Shown here piece by piece: positions 28,277-41,482 of a DNA stretch of 64,000 bases. The first letter of the stretch is position 1, and every line of letters begins with the position of its first letter. Under the pieces are notes generated by a model that saw only the letters and a program-made list of their open reading frames with translations, did no database searches and was not told the DNA's origin. A program made the position numbers and the translations under genes. Source of the stretch: Octopus sinensis (lineage: Eukaryota); assembly GCF_006345805.1 (NCBI RefSeq), contig NC_043001.1, positions 91,140,001 to 91,204,000 of the forward strand, given 5' to 3'.

Positions 28277-28467
28277 CATGTATATATACATGCATACACA
28301 TATATTTATGTATGTGTGTATATAATATGCACGCACACACACATACCTGCTTCAGTATGCTGCAAGATAGGGACACTGTTTGAAGAAAATTCCTCAGGAG
28401 GATAAGCAAAATAGTCAAACATTTCAAAAGTATTTTAACCTCTCCACCAGGAAACATACAAATAAGC

Positions 28468-28860
28468 AAGCCTGAAATTTTGGGGGATGGAGTAAGTTGA
28501 TCATATCAACCCCAGTATGCAGCTGGTACTTATTTCATCGATCTGGGAAAGATGAAAAGCTGAGTTGGCCTTGGTGGAATTTGAACTTGGAACATAGAGC
28601 TGGAAGAAATACCACTTAGCATTTTATCTGACGGGCTAATGATTCTGCAAGCTTGCCACCTTCTTAATAATAGTTTCAAATTTTGGTGCAAGGCTAGCAA
28701 ATCTAGAGGCAGAAGCAGTCAATTATATTGACAAAAACAAGTGTCATGAAACATTCTGCTTGATGGCATAACTACACCACCAACCTGCTGCCTATACTAA
28801 AAAGTCGACCTTGGTAGAATTTGAACTTGGAACATAGAGTTGAGATAAATGCTACAAAGC

Positions 28861-28862
<2 letters not shown>
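28468..28862 (-). mobile_element. Tandem SINE family A copies, followed by (TG)n at 28864-28917
   Basis: Repeated gaatttgaacttggaacatagag blocks. Confidence 0.7.
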
Positions 28863-28921
<59 letters not shown>

Positions 28922-29043
28922 ATAGGGTGTTAGGTGTGGTGTACAGAAATTGAATATTGAGAAAAAGTTGTCGGAATTTTGGAAAAAAATAATGAAAAAA
29001 ATAAAAAGATTCTTTTTTCCAAAATTCTGATGACTTTTTCTCT

Positions 29044-29083
<40 letters not shown>

Positions 29084-29653
29084 TATAAAGGGCAATTTGT
29101 TTCCAGTATTGCACTATGTGAAAATGTGATATGTGTAAAACCTTTGAACAATGCAGGTGAAGAGTTAATTAAAATATGTAGGGTGATATCAATGAATTAC
29201 AGGGAATGATATAGCACTACCACATATTGTTTGTTTAATAATCTAATAATATTTCAGAATAAATCTTTTTCCATGAAAGGAACAAAGTAATCAAATATTC
29301 TGATGTACTTATTATAGGTTAACAGTCTTAGACTTAGACGGATTGGTGATATCAACAACTCTTATAGGCTCTTTGATGATATACAGAAGCAAGCTGGTTG
29401 ATTGGTAGAATTCTTAGATCAATGGACATTTTGCTATGTGCCAAGTATTCTTGCTCTTATTGTTCTGAGTTCTGCTCATAATGAGGTCAACTTGACCTTT
29501 CACCTCTCTCTGGTTGATGTAAATATTCTTTTAAAAAACTTTCTTTTAATTTTTCCAAAATTTACAGTTGAAAGTCTCAATGACTTGAAACCAGTACTGA
29601 AATGTTTTTTATAAAATTATTTTAACATTTTCTACCTTGACTTTTTTTCCATG

Positions 29654-29688
<35 letters not shown>

Positions 29689-30289
29689 TTCTTTGAAATG
29701 AATACACCGAAATGGCTACACTGGACTACCGTCTTGAGAAATGATGTATTTGATAAATATCATTTCAGACTTTTTCATCATCATCATCTTTTAGCGTCCG
29801 TTTTCCATGCTAGCATGGGTTTTGTTTTGTAAATATATTTTATGATAGTTAATTGAATAGTTGAGTACATTTTTTACTATTCTCTTGTGTGTAATGAAAT
29901 ATTTTAAAAATAGGATAATGCCAATCTTTTCATATCTGGAGCACATACCATTGAAAGCCTTTGACTTCCTATCATTTTATGAACCACCTGCACAGCAAAA
30001 TGTTCTCTGACTTCCACATATGCTTTTGAAAGGGATGTCTTTACAGGTTATGGAAACAGCTGTTTCATATAATACGTTTGAATGTTATTGCTAGAAGTGA
30101 ATATTAATTTTCATTAAAATCACTCCCTCTGCTATCAATAGTGCCAACAGCTGATACAGTCACTACACTTTGTCTAATTTATAGGAATATCAGTAGGTAT
30201 TCTAATGTTGTGAGGCGCTCTCTACATAGTTTGCAAAGCATATTGGTAAATAAATGAATGGTACATGCAACCTATTTATAATAAGTTCT

Positions 30290-30708
30290 CAAAGTGGATG
30301 AGCGGGATCACTGCCAGAGCAGCTGTCTGGCTTCCGTGCCAGTGGGCACGTAAAAAACACCACCTGAGTGTGATCGTTACCAGCGTTGCCTTATTGGCAC
30401 TTGAACAAAACATTCGAGCAAGGTCATTGCCAGTGCCGCTGGACTGACTCCTGTGCAGGTGGCACGTAAAAAACACCATTTCGAGCTTGGCCGTTGCCAG
30501 TACTGCCAGACTGGCCCTCATGCAGGTGGCACGTAAAAGCACCCACTACACTCTTGGAGTGGTTGGCTTTAGGAAAGGCATCCAGCTCTAGAAACTCTGC
30601 CAGATCAGATTGGAACCTGGAGCAGCCATCTGGTTTGCCAGTCCTCAGTCAAATCGTTCAACCCATGCTAGCATGGAAAGTGGACATTAAACGATGATGA
30701 TGATGATG
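30290..30708 (+). mobile_element. RTE-tail element with ~55-60-bp internal subrepeats
   Basis: Repeated ggcacgtaaaa units; 3' end ccatgctagcatggaaagtggacattaaacgatgatgatg matches the RTE 3' end. Confidence 0.8.
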
Positions 30709-31261
30709 TTGACATTTGGTGTTTCAGGCAAGACCTTTTGTTAGAGGAAATGGCACTAAGTACTTGGGCATAGTAGAAACTATAGGGAAATAGCATTATT
30801 TCCCCTTTATCAAATGGTGTTTGGTGTATCGAATAGATTCAAGCTATAGTACAGAGTTATTAAAATGAAGTGACAGTCATTGTTATCTGTAGGAAAAAGG
30901 AGGTTGAAATTGTCATGAATTATGTGCTAAGAGTAGGTAGTTAGTACATAATTTGCAGAGGAAGAAGTAGTTGGTATCCTGTCAAGCGTTTGTCAGTAGA
31001 AGACTGTCAGCATGACAAAGGTGTATTGACTGATTAAATTTATAAGGTCATTTACTTGGTATCTTTGGAGCTTAAGATTTATCAGAAAAGTATTTTGTTC
31101 TTGAATTTAGTATATTATACATAAAGTATACAATAAAAAAAGTAATAGAAAAGGTCCAAGGCATATGCATGGCTGTGTGGTTAAGAAGCTTGTTTTGCAA
31201 CCATATGGGTTCAGTCCCTACTTTGTAACTGAATTTAGTTGGCAGAAACTGTGTGGAAGTC

Positions 31262-31304
<43 letters not shown>

Positions 31305-31316
31305 CACACACACAAT

Positions 31317-31950
31317 TTGTGCCAGGTAGGATCACAACTGATGCTATGTACCTGGTTAGTCAACTGCAGGAGAAGTATTTAGCCAAAAATAAGTGTCTGT
31401 ACTTGGCTTTTGTTGACATGAGGAAAACCTTTGACAGGGTCCCCTGCTCTCTTATCTGGTGGTGAATGCAGAAGCTAGATAGATGAGTGATTAGTGAGAG
31501 CTGTGCAAGCCATGTGCAGGAATGCTGCCAGTAAGGTGAAGTTGGCAACAAGCATAGCAATGAATTCAGTGTACAGGTAGGAGTTCACCAAGGTCCAGTT
31601 CTCAGCCCCCTCTTGTTTACCTTAGTCCTCCGGGCCTTAACTGAGGAATTCAAGACCGGCTGCCCTTGTGAGCTCCTCTATGCTGATGACCTTGATTTTA
31701 TAGCTGAATCATTATCTGACCTAGAGAAGAAATTTCAGGTGTGAAAGCAAGGCCTGAAATCAAAGGGTCTTCAAGTTCATTTAGCAAAAACCAAAGTCCT
31801 AGTAAGTAGGAAAACTGACAAGTCATAAGTCCCTTCAGGGAGATGGCCCTGCTCAGTATGTATGAAGGGTGTTGGTAGAAACTCCATATGTTGTATCCAG
31901 TGCAAGCTTTGGACACAAGAGGTGTAGCAGTATCACAGGAAGGTTAGCCC
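31317..31950 (+). mobile_element. Degenerate RTE LINE fragment (RT core and PHD insert)
   Basis: FVPGRITTDAMYLV.QLQEKYLAKNK.LYLAFVD..KTFDRVP; YADD; WPCS.. Confidence 0.9.
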
Positions 31951-31974
31951 AGCTTTGGTATTGCAAGAAGAGTG

Positions 31975-32250
31975 GTGAGTGTTTTTCTCAACTGTGCCCC
32001 ACACATAGTAATCCATGGGATTACAATTAGAAGGATTAGGAGGTCAGAAATTTGGGCTGGTGAAGTCATAGAATTTCTCCAACAACTACTTCTATTTCTG
32101 GGGGTATGACAAGGAGCCAAATCCTGCTACCACACATATAGCCTTCCAGCAGTAATCCTCTCCAGCCTGGGTTTGACGACAGTCTCCAGCAGCTTCACAT
32201 AGTTGTCTAAATTGAGCCTAAGGCCATGTTCGAAGATATGAGGATAAATT
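31975..32250 (-). pseudogene. Tc1/mariner (maT/DD37D-like) transposase fragment
   Basis: Minus strand reads PHIFEHGLRLNLDNYVKLLETVVKP...VW*QDLAPCHT, then after a frameshift FYDFTSPNF*PPNPSNCNPMDYYVWGTVE. Confidence 0.75.
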
Positions 32251-32765
32251 CTGGCATGCAGACATAGTTAGAATACATTCTGTGTCCCTTTCTGCCAGCC
32301 ATGCCTCTTTGTCAACTATCCATGTCACATCTTACATTCTTTAGTGTTCACAGAGCATTCAGCAACAGTCATGATGTTTGACACTCAGTGCGAATCCTCA
32401 TGATTCAGGTCATTCTTTTCTAATATTTGGTTGGCTGGTAAGGTGATGAAACACTTGTAGTATTATGCAATAAAGCCTGTTTACTCATTCCAATATCTCC
32501 TGTTTACACATTTTTTATATATACTCTACAGATATTAATGGATTTTTGGATGAACCTTCAATTTTCACTGTGAAACTGCATCTGGTATCCAGTACCTGTA
32601 CATAAGCTTTATAAAGCAAAATACAAGTTCATTCTCAAATTGAATTCATATATATATATATAAATATATATTTAATTAGAGGATTTGTTAACCTCCTGAA
32701 GGGATGGTTGCATCCAAGGAAATACTGGTTCAATACCTTGTATTTCGGGTGAATGAAATTCCCTT

Positions 32766-33238
32766 AAAACAATAGGTATATATTAAGTATGTACTTTATA
32801 TCCATTTAAAAGAAAAGAAAATGGAGATAAGGAAGTTAATTATTATTTATTATTAACAAATTGGTCATCTTCGCTTCTGACAGCCATTTCAATTAATACT
32901 CAATAATCTAATTACAAATTTATACATTAAATTTACATTTATATGACATGAGTATAATTTCATCAGAGGAAAAAAAAAGATGTACCTTTGGATGTTATAT
33001 GTGGACCTATCAATTCATTTCAGCATTTTTTTTTTCACTGATGAAATTATACTCATGTCACATAAATGTAAATTCAATGTACAAATTTGTAATTAAATTA
33101 TTGAATATTAATTGAAATGGCTGTAAGAAGCGAAGATGACCAATTTGTTAATAGTAAACAATTATTAACTTCCCTATCTCCATTTTCTTTTCTTTTAAAT
33201 GGATATAAAGTACATACTTAATATATACCTATTATTTT
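32766..33238. repeat. Long inverted repeat (arms about 215 bp, spacer about 40 bp)
   Basis: 32766-32982 is the reverse complement of 33024-33238 with scattered substitutions. Confidence 0.95.
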
Positions 33239-33356
33239 CTTCTTTTAAACCGATATATATATATATATATAATAATAGTAGGGAATATAATTCCAAACTT
33301 ACAGGGAAAAATTCAATTTAGCAATTCTAAATCAAATTTCACAATATATAATATAT

Positions 33357-33514
33357 GTATATAATTAAGAGAAATAACCTCTATTAAGCAATTCAATAGT
33401 GAAAGACATTATCTATATTATATAGAAACAATTTAAATATACTATAATAAATATTATTCAAAAAATCATTCACTATTGAATTGCTTAATAGAGGTTATTT
33501 CTCTTAATTATATA
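33357..33514. repeat. Inverted repeat with ~46-bp perfect arms
   Basis: tatataattaagagaaataacctctattaagcaattcaatagtgaa and its reverse complement at 33469-33514. Confidence 0.9.
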
Positions 33515-33526
33515 TATATATAAAAT

Positions 33527-33742
33527 TTGTGTGTGTTGCATCTGTGTTTGTCTCCCCACTGCTTGATAACTGGTGCTGGTTTGTTATATCCCTATAATTT
33601 AGTAGTTGAGAGAGAGAGAAAGAGAGCAATAGAAATAAGTATCAGTTGTAAAAGAATAAGTATTCGATTAAAACCCTTCTAAGTAGTGCCTCAGCGTGGC
33701 CTCAGTCTAATGACTGAAACAAGTAAAATATAAAGATAAAAT
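33527..33742 (+). mobile_element. SINE family B, 3' half
   Basis: Matches 45550-45752. Confidence 0.7.
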
Positions 33743-33789
33743 ATCTTGTTAATGGTTTCTTTTTGGTATTTAGTCTTTATTTAAGATAA

Positions 33790-34587
33790 GATATGCTGTG
33801 CTTGAGAAGACCTGGCAAGCGAAGTAAGATCATAGCCCATGGCCTATGCCAGTGGGTGTAACCAGCCCACTTATGAATACCCCCTCATTCATTGGCCAAT
33901 AAACTTTGCTTGCGAAGATCTATTGAAGCAAGTGAAATCAAAATCAAAATCGCTGACGTGGCTAATGACAGTACTACCTGATTGTGCCAGTGGAACGTTA
34001 AAAGCACATCTGAACTTGGGGTGTAACCGGCCGACTTATGAGTGCCCCTTATTCATTGGACAATGAACTTTACTTGCGAAGACGTATTGAGGCAAGTCTA
34101 AGCAAATCAAAATCGCTGATGTGGCCGATAACAGTACCACCTGATTGGCACTTGTGCCAGTGGAATGTTAAAAGCGCATCTGAGCGTGATCGTTGCCAGG
34201 GCCTCAGATTGGTTCCCATGCTGGTGACACGTGAAAAGTACCGTTCGAGCACAATCGTTACCAGCGTTGCCTTGCCGGCATGTGTTGGTGGCACGTGAAA
34301 AACAACATTTGAGTGTGGTTGTTGCCAGTGCCACCGGACTGGCTCCTGTGCAGGTAGCATGTAAAAAGCACCTTTTGAGTGTGGTTGTTGCCAGAACTGC
34401 CTGACTGGCCATTGTGCCGGAGGCACATAAACGCACCCACTACCCTCTTGGAGTGGTTGGCATTAGGAAGGGAATCCAGCTGTAGAAACTTTGCCAGATC
34501 AGATTGCGGCTGGTGCAGTCCTCAGTCAAACTGGCCAACCCTTGCCAGCATGGAAAGCAGACGTTAAATGATGATGATGATAATGAT
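33790..34587 (+). mobile_element. Long RTE-tail element with a ~165-bp tandem duplication and subrepeats
   Basis: 33854-34012 is duplicated at 34018-34182; ends gccagcatggaaagcagacgttaaatgatgatgat. Confidence 0.8.
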
Positions 34588-37466
34588 TTCATACAATCAC
34601 TTTTTCTTCAAAATGTCATTTATTCTTACATCTCTGTTGTATTCAGTGAGCATTTTATTCATTAATTCATTCTTTGGGATGGATTTGAGTGACATTTTGC
34701 ATTCCTAGTTAGATTGTGCAAGATATAAAACAGACAGATGATTTTGTTAAGGATGGATGTATATCATATTCTGCTTCACAGTTATCATTAATTAACATTA
34801 CCCTCCTGTTTATGGAAGCCTAATTGGAAAATATACTTTCACTAGCTAAATATATTAGTTTAGTTATTGAGAAAGCAGTTAAATCTTTATTTTTATCAAT
34901 GACAAGGTATTTTTTTTTATTGCAAGATAGAGTTGTATTCCATTTAGATAATTAAACTCATTGTGTGGTTCTGATTTTATTTAGTGCAGTAAGGTTCTCT
35001 ACCATTATAGCTCTAATATAAAGACTTCTCATTAGTAATGTGTGACTGTTTCTGTTGTGCCATAATCACCTGATGGTTTTTTTTACAAAATGCTATCAAG
35101 TTCATTGCATTTTAAAAGTTTTGCTCGAGGGCCTGATATATATATATATATACATACATACATACTGACATGGTGTTGGGTTTATTCATGGAAACAGTGA
35201 ATTAACAGAATCATTACAGTAGCAGACAAAATGCCTTGTGGTATTTATTCTTGAACTTTGCAGTCTGTGTTCAAATCTTGTGAGATCCACATTCATTCCT
35301 TCCAGAGTTGATAAAGTACCAGTCATGTACTGGAGTTGACTCAACTGGTTGCTGATCTCCACCAACATTCAGTACGTTGGCATGGTTATGTAGAGCTCAT
35401 ATCTTTGTTTAACTGTGGGGTGCTGATGACAGGTGACGTGACTCACTGGTTATGTATGCTACTGTCACGTCGCCATCTATAAAACCAGAATAATTGAATA
35501 ACAAGTTCAGATTCAATGTCACAAATTACATCTATATGCTACATTAAAAAATTCTTTTAAAGATTTTGACATGCAATGACTCAAACCATGAAGATCCATC
35601 TTTGCCTTGATGCTTTAGTAATTTCTCTCTATCGTAATACATAGAGCAAGCTACACACTCTTTTTTTTGGTAGTCTTATCACTCTGAAGTGTTTTTGTAT
35701 CCATAATTAATAACTTTGGCTTCATATGAAAACGGAAACTTAAGTGTTAATAAAATTCACAAGAAACAAAAGTCCAGGAAATTACTGAGTATATTTACTC
35801 TTGGTCCTGTTCTTTTGCTTTGTAGCTTAACAAAGTGTTTGAACGCTACGGTTGGGGTGAGAATAGTTTAGTTAGTGACATAAGTTGATGAGAGTGTAAT
35901 TTATGTTTATATGTTTATGCATACATGTGAGGTACATATACCATGTTTGGCTATATAAAAAGATATAAGCAGAGGTCTATAAGCTGGTAAGATGTTAGTT
36001 AATTGGCATAAAACATTGGCACATTCCCATTTACTATCATGAGAAAACTTTCAGAATTTAAAGCTGTTCCAAATCCACAAATTGCTCCTTTAAATTAACT
36101 CTGTTGTGAATAGAGTCTACATTAAAGAAACAAATATAGTTTTAGAATAGCTCCCTTGGTTTCCTGAGGAAATCTATACTCTCAGCTCTAATCAATTTTC
36201 ATCATCTGTAATATGAAAGGCTGAATTGGCTCTAGAGTAACCGGAATTACCTTGTAACTACTGGTTACAGACACAAAGCTTGTTGTAGTGGCTTGTCTGT
36301 TGCTGACTGCTGTTTATATCCAACAGGATTTTTTTCTCTCTTCAGTTTTGGAGTATTAATTTATGCTTTAAAACATGAGTGAAATTTAAGGTGACCTACA
36401 GCTGCTTTAGACACCTTTCATGTTGTTATTATGTCATAATATTTGACTTTTGTTATCTCCTAATATAACTAGGCAATGTGAAGTATCAGCTTTTGTCTAC
36501 AATAAACATTTATTCTAAAGTAAAAAGTACTTGGTTTTGTAAATATCACTGAACATGCTGAAACGCATTTAAATATCTTTTTATTCGTTAATATTCTAAG
36601 ACTGTAATGGATATATTTAAAAGGAAAAAAAAAGGTATGTACATTATAAATCAATAATGATTATGAACATGTTTAAACTGAAATTTTTATTAGAAATATA
36701 TATATGGGTTGATATTACTGTGCAAATATGTTGTGCTGATCAAATGCAGAATGGTTGTATTGCATTGATATTTTAGAATCGGAAAAAATTTAATATTTTA
36801 GGGTTGATAGATTTTCTTTGCATGTAGTGTCATTATCAACAAAACACTTAGTTTAGTCTTTCTTGGTTTTGGGTTCATTGCCCTCTCTTGTTGACTTTTA
36901 ATTCCTAAGAAGTGATTAAATTTTGCATGAGTAATATCTTAAGATTATTTAAGTTAGCAATATCCTTCTTCTTATTTTTGGATTTGTGCTAGGTAGTTTA
37001 AAATTAATATTTTCATATTTAATGTTCATAAAATAGAAAAGTTATTAGATTATCTGCCTGCTTTTTAAACTGTATCATGAGAGAATGTTCTGTGAAAGTT
37101 TATTTTCGTTAAGTTTCAACTGAACACTAATTTAAATGTGTTATTATCTGTGGGAAACTTTCTCTTTTACTATTCTTTTTAATTTAATCTTGAAGACCTG
37201 TTTATCACTGTAATTTATGCAAAAATACAGTATATTAGCAGTATAAATAATTGACACATTGGCTGTGTAGTTGAAAAGTCTTCAGTTGATAAAAAAAGGA
37301 AGTAGATTTACTACAGTAGAAGGAAGTCATGTTCAAGGAGTATTTCTTTAACAAATATCTTATTATAAACAATAAAAGCTTATATAAGAAATAATTATAT
37401 GCATTCTACTTAAAATTATCGGTTCAAAAGTCTTCATCATTTACAATAATATTTTTATAATAGCTA

Positions 37467-38012
37467 CAGTATTTGATGGCATGAAAGACGCATAAGTATA
37501 TTACACACCTTATTTGCAGCAACGCATATTTGAAAAAAAAAAGATTTTTAATGCATTAATGCATGCAAAATCTAAAGCAATTGAGCAGAACATTACAAAA
37601 AGTACCTTAGCTAATTTAAAATAAAAATAATTATTAGTATGGAGTTTAAGGTGGCAAGCTGGCAGAGTTGTTAGCATGTTGACAAAATGCTTAGTGGCAT
37701 GTCATTTGTCCTTATGTTCTGAGTTTGAATTTTGCTGAGGTTGACTTTGCCTTTCATCCTTTCGGTGTTGATAAATTAAGTACCAGTGAAACATTGGGAT
37801 CGATGTTCAGGCCTTGTGCCTTTAGTAGAAAGGATTATTATTATTATTATCATTATTATTGAGTTAGGATTAGTATAAGAGACCATCTGGATTAAAATTA
37901 GCCTATAGTAGTGAGCTTATTTGAAGGCCCAACTTAGCATATAAGACCTGGGGTTGTTTTTTTGAGATTTGTTTTTGAAAAAAAATTGCATCTTATATGC
38001 AATCAAATGTGG
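37467..38012. mobile_element. pogo/Tigger-like MITE containing a SINE A (about 37648-37860, +)
   Basis: TA|cagtatttgatggcatgaaagacgca ... tgcatcttatatgcaatcaaatgtgg|TA. Confidence 0.6.
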
Positions 38013-38412
38013 TAATTATTATTTTAAAAACAATGGAGCATATATGTAAAAAAAGATTTACCTATTGGAGAATCAAAAATTGCTGCTGCCTGTTAACGGA
38101 CTAATTCACTCTTCATATCCTGTCACTGGTGTATACAAGTGGGAAATGGTTGTTAACATTTAAAGGCCCAGCCCATTTTTATTGCATTTGAATGTAACAA
38201 TTCAGTGTTGCAGTCATTGGGAACACTGTTAGTGACTAACAAGTGTTTTGACAGCTAACAATGGTGAATTCAACTCCTGCTACAAACAAAATATGTAACA
38301 GATTGGTGTCATCTAAAGGAGGATAATGGTACAAAATCTTGAATAAATTACTGAATAGTATCATATTTGGCAATGGCTATAAATAAGAATAAAAAGATTG
38401 TGTGTGTGTGTG

Positions 38413-38644
38413 TATAACTGTCACTAAATGTGACTAGGGTGTTAGAAACACCTACATTGCTAGAAATAAGAGCTAAAATGCTCTAACGCCGTAGTCATAA
38501 ATGTAAACATATACACAAACAGGTCCCTGTTAGTGTATATGTTTACATTTATGTATGTTGACTACAGCGTTAGAGGATTTTAGCTCTTATTTCTGGCAAT
38601 GTAGGTGTTTCTAACACCCTTGTCACATTTAATGATAATTTATA
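38413..38644. repeat. Near-perfect palindrome (arms about 110 bp, minimal loop)
   Basis: Centre ...acacaaacagg-tc-cctgttagtgt... near 38524. Confidence 0.95.
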
Positions 38645-39384
38645 AGCAACACAAAAATTTACAAAAGTAAATGGAAGAGCTCTCTCAGGAAGAACATACT
38701 ATTAATTTTTTATAATAGTATATGCTTTGAATAGTCCATTGTTTGGGTTAGCTCAGTTTTTGAATAACTTCTTGACTTCCAGTGAAATACTCAATCCAAA
38801 GTAAGGAATACTCAATCCGAAACATAGATGGTTCAAATTCATACAATTGACCTTCCTGACATATTCATTTCACTATCATGATATATCTACTTCATCTGGT
38901 CAAGCCTGCTTGGACATTTTTAACTCACACACAGACATCCATCTTAGACCTGCATTAATTGAAGGAAATCTTCAGAGAGGCATGCAGTGTTCCTGGTGAT
39001 TTGATCTACATATGTATTTTCAAACAACCAGCTTGAGTATAGCTATGCTTTGGATTCCATAGCAATATGTCACTTGCCAGTGTCTGCTTAATCACAATTA
39101 ATTGAAGATATCCAACTACAATCAGCATATAATAAACCTGTTCCTCCCATCATACTTTCGCTTCTCTCACTCTCTTCCCCTAAACTCAGCTTCTTTCAAA
39201 ATCCTCTCTTCTAATCTCCCTCTTAGAGTAATGAGTATGAGGTCTTTAATAGTTTTAGTTCATATTTCAAATCTTGTTTGTTAAATTTGTTCTACTCTTA
39301 TTCTGTTGGCTTTCAAACTGTCCGTTGTCTCATCTGTATGACGATTTTGTACTTATAATTTTCATTTGTGGAAACACAGCATTT

Positions 39385-39740
39385 TTCTCTTACTTGTTTC
39401 AGTCATTGGACTGCAACTATGCTAGGGTACCACCTTGAAGGGTTTAGTCAAAGAAATCAACCCCAGCATTTTTTTTTTTCATGTTTGGCACTTACTCTCT
39501 GTTTCTTTTGTCAAGAAGTAGTGGGTGAATAAACACAAACACACATATATATACAGGCAGTGGTGGGACACACACACACTCACACACAATTGTTTCTTTG
39601 TCTACCAAATCCACTCATAAGGCCTTGGTTTACCTGAGGTTATAGTAGAAGACACTTGGCCAAAGTGCCTTACAGTGGGACTGAATCTGATACCATGTGG
39701 TTGGGAAGCAAACTTCTTACCACGCAGTCACACCTGTACC
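39385..39740 (-). mobile_element. SINE family B
   Basis: Reverse complement of 45367-45752. Confidence 0.75.
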
Positions 39741-40474
39741 TATTTGTGGAAAAATTTAGTATTTTTAGTTGAAAGTACAGCTTATATACAAACTCTCCTA
39801 AGTCTGGATTCTTTATTGGCTTTGCTGATGAGAATTCTATTAATCAGTTGCTTAATCAACTGAACTACCTCTTAAATAAACATATAAATGATTGTTTCCA
39901 CATGTATATATTTAGTGTAATTCTCATTCAATGACAAGGCTGAACCTTTGAAGTACATGTACAGTCCATTTGGCAGGCTTCCACATATTTTCTGCCTACA
40001 CCCAGTTTCACTCACAAAGCTTAAATCAACCCTAATCTATGATAAAAGACACTTGCCCAAGATACTGCACACTGGATCAAACTTGGGACTTCATAATTGC
40101 AAATCTCTTAACCACCTGGCCATACCTTCTTTCATATTTGAGGTAGTAATGCCATAGTAATATCTAAATATTTTAGTTTTTGAAGTTAAGTGAACAGTAC
40201 AAAAATTTTGAAGTCATGTTAAATGATTACATCAAGATTTATATTGAATATTAAGTGTAATTACATAAATCTCTAGTTGCTACCTTTATCTTTTATCCTT
40301 TATTTTGATAACTTTTGTTGGTAGGATTGTTATTGATGGCCAAATTATTTATGTGTTCGTGAAAGAGAACTAAACAATGCCAGAACAAACTTAAAAATAA
40401 CTAGCTTTAGCTGTCTTAGTAGTACATTGTTGTGTGACTAAAACAAAAAAAAAATGCTTATTCATCTTTTAACT

Positions 40475-41145
40475 TTTTATCTTTTACTTGTTTCAGTTGT
40501 TGGACTGAAGGGCTTTAATCAAACAAATCAACCTGCTTGTACTTATTTAGTTTTAAATTTTGTTGCTTATTTTATTGGTTGCTTTTGCAGAATTACTAAG
40601 CTAGCAGGATAAAAACAAATGAAAACCAGTTGTCAAGCTCAGATATATTTTTTCATGCTCAGAATTGATGAAGCATGGAATAAACTAACTGCATCAGTTG
40701 TTAGCCATCAGGTCACTGCATCCTTCGAAACTTCCATGCTTCCTGAAATTCGCCATCACTACGCCTGATGCCCCCCCCCCCACCGTTTTTTTTTTTGGGG
40801 TAAACTTATTCACTATTCACTTCCTGTGCACATTCTGTGTACTGTTCATGCAGTTTTAGTTACTTTTTCTGATGAGCTGTAGTGCACCTGAGCACTGTAT
40901 ACAATAAATTCATTAATATTACTAATAAAGTGGGTGCCCGAGGGGGACATAGACACACACATACATACACACATAATGAGCTTCCACATGATCTCTGTGT
41001 GCTAGATTTACTCACAAGGCATTGGTTGGCCTTGGCTATATATAGGAGAAGGCATTTGTCCAAGTTGCCTTGCAGTGTGATTGAACCTAAAACCACTTGG
41101 TTACAAAGTAAGCTTCTTAACCACTCAGCCATGCTTGCTGCACCT
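40475..41145 (-). mobile_element. SINE family B interrupted by a probable LINE 3' tail (about 40660-40925, +)
   Basis: SINE halves on either side; the insert ends tatacaataaattcattaatatt. Confidence 0.55.
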
Positions 41146-41200
41146 TAGTTAAAAGTGTTAAAATTTTATTCCCTCAATTTTATATATATATATGTATATA

Positions 41201-41482
41201 TGGTCATTGCCAGTGCCGCCTGACTGGCCCCTATGCTGGTTGTATGTAAAAAGCACAATTCAAGCGTGGTCGATGCCAGTGCCACCTGATGTTCCTGCAT
41301 GCTAGTGGCACGTAAAAAGCACCCACTATACTCTTGGAGTGGTTGGCATTAGGAAGGGTATCCAGCTGTTGAAGCTTTGCCAGATCAGATTGGAACCTGG
41401 TGCAGCCTCTTGGCTTGCCAGTCCTCAGTCAAACCATCTAACCCATGCCAGCATGGAAAGTGGACGTTAAATGATGATGATT
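41201..41482 (+). mobile_element. RTE-tail element inserted in (TA)n
   Basis: Matches 30420-30708. Confidence 0.8.

Noticed and set aside
28772-29151. Overlapping ~105-aa ORFs
   Set aside because: Artefacts of (TG)n and (TA)n repeats
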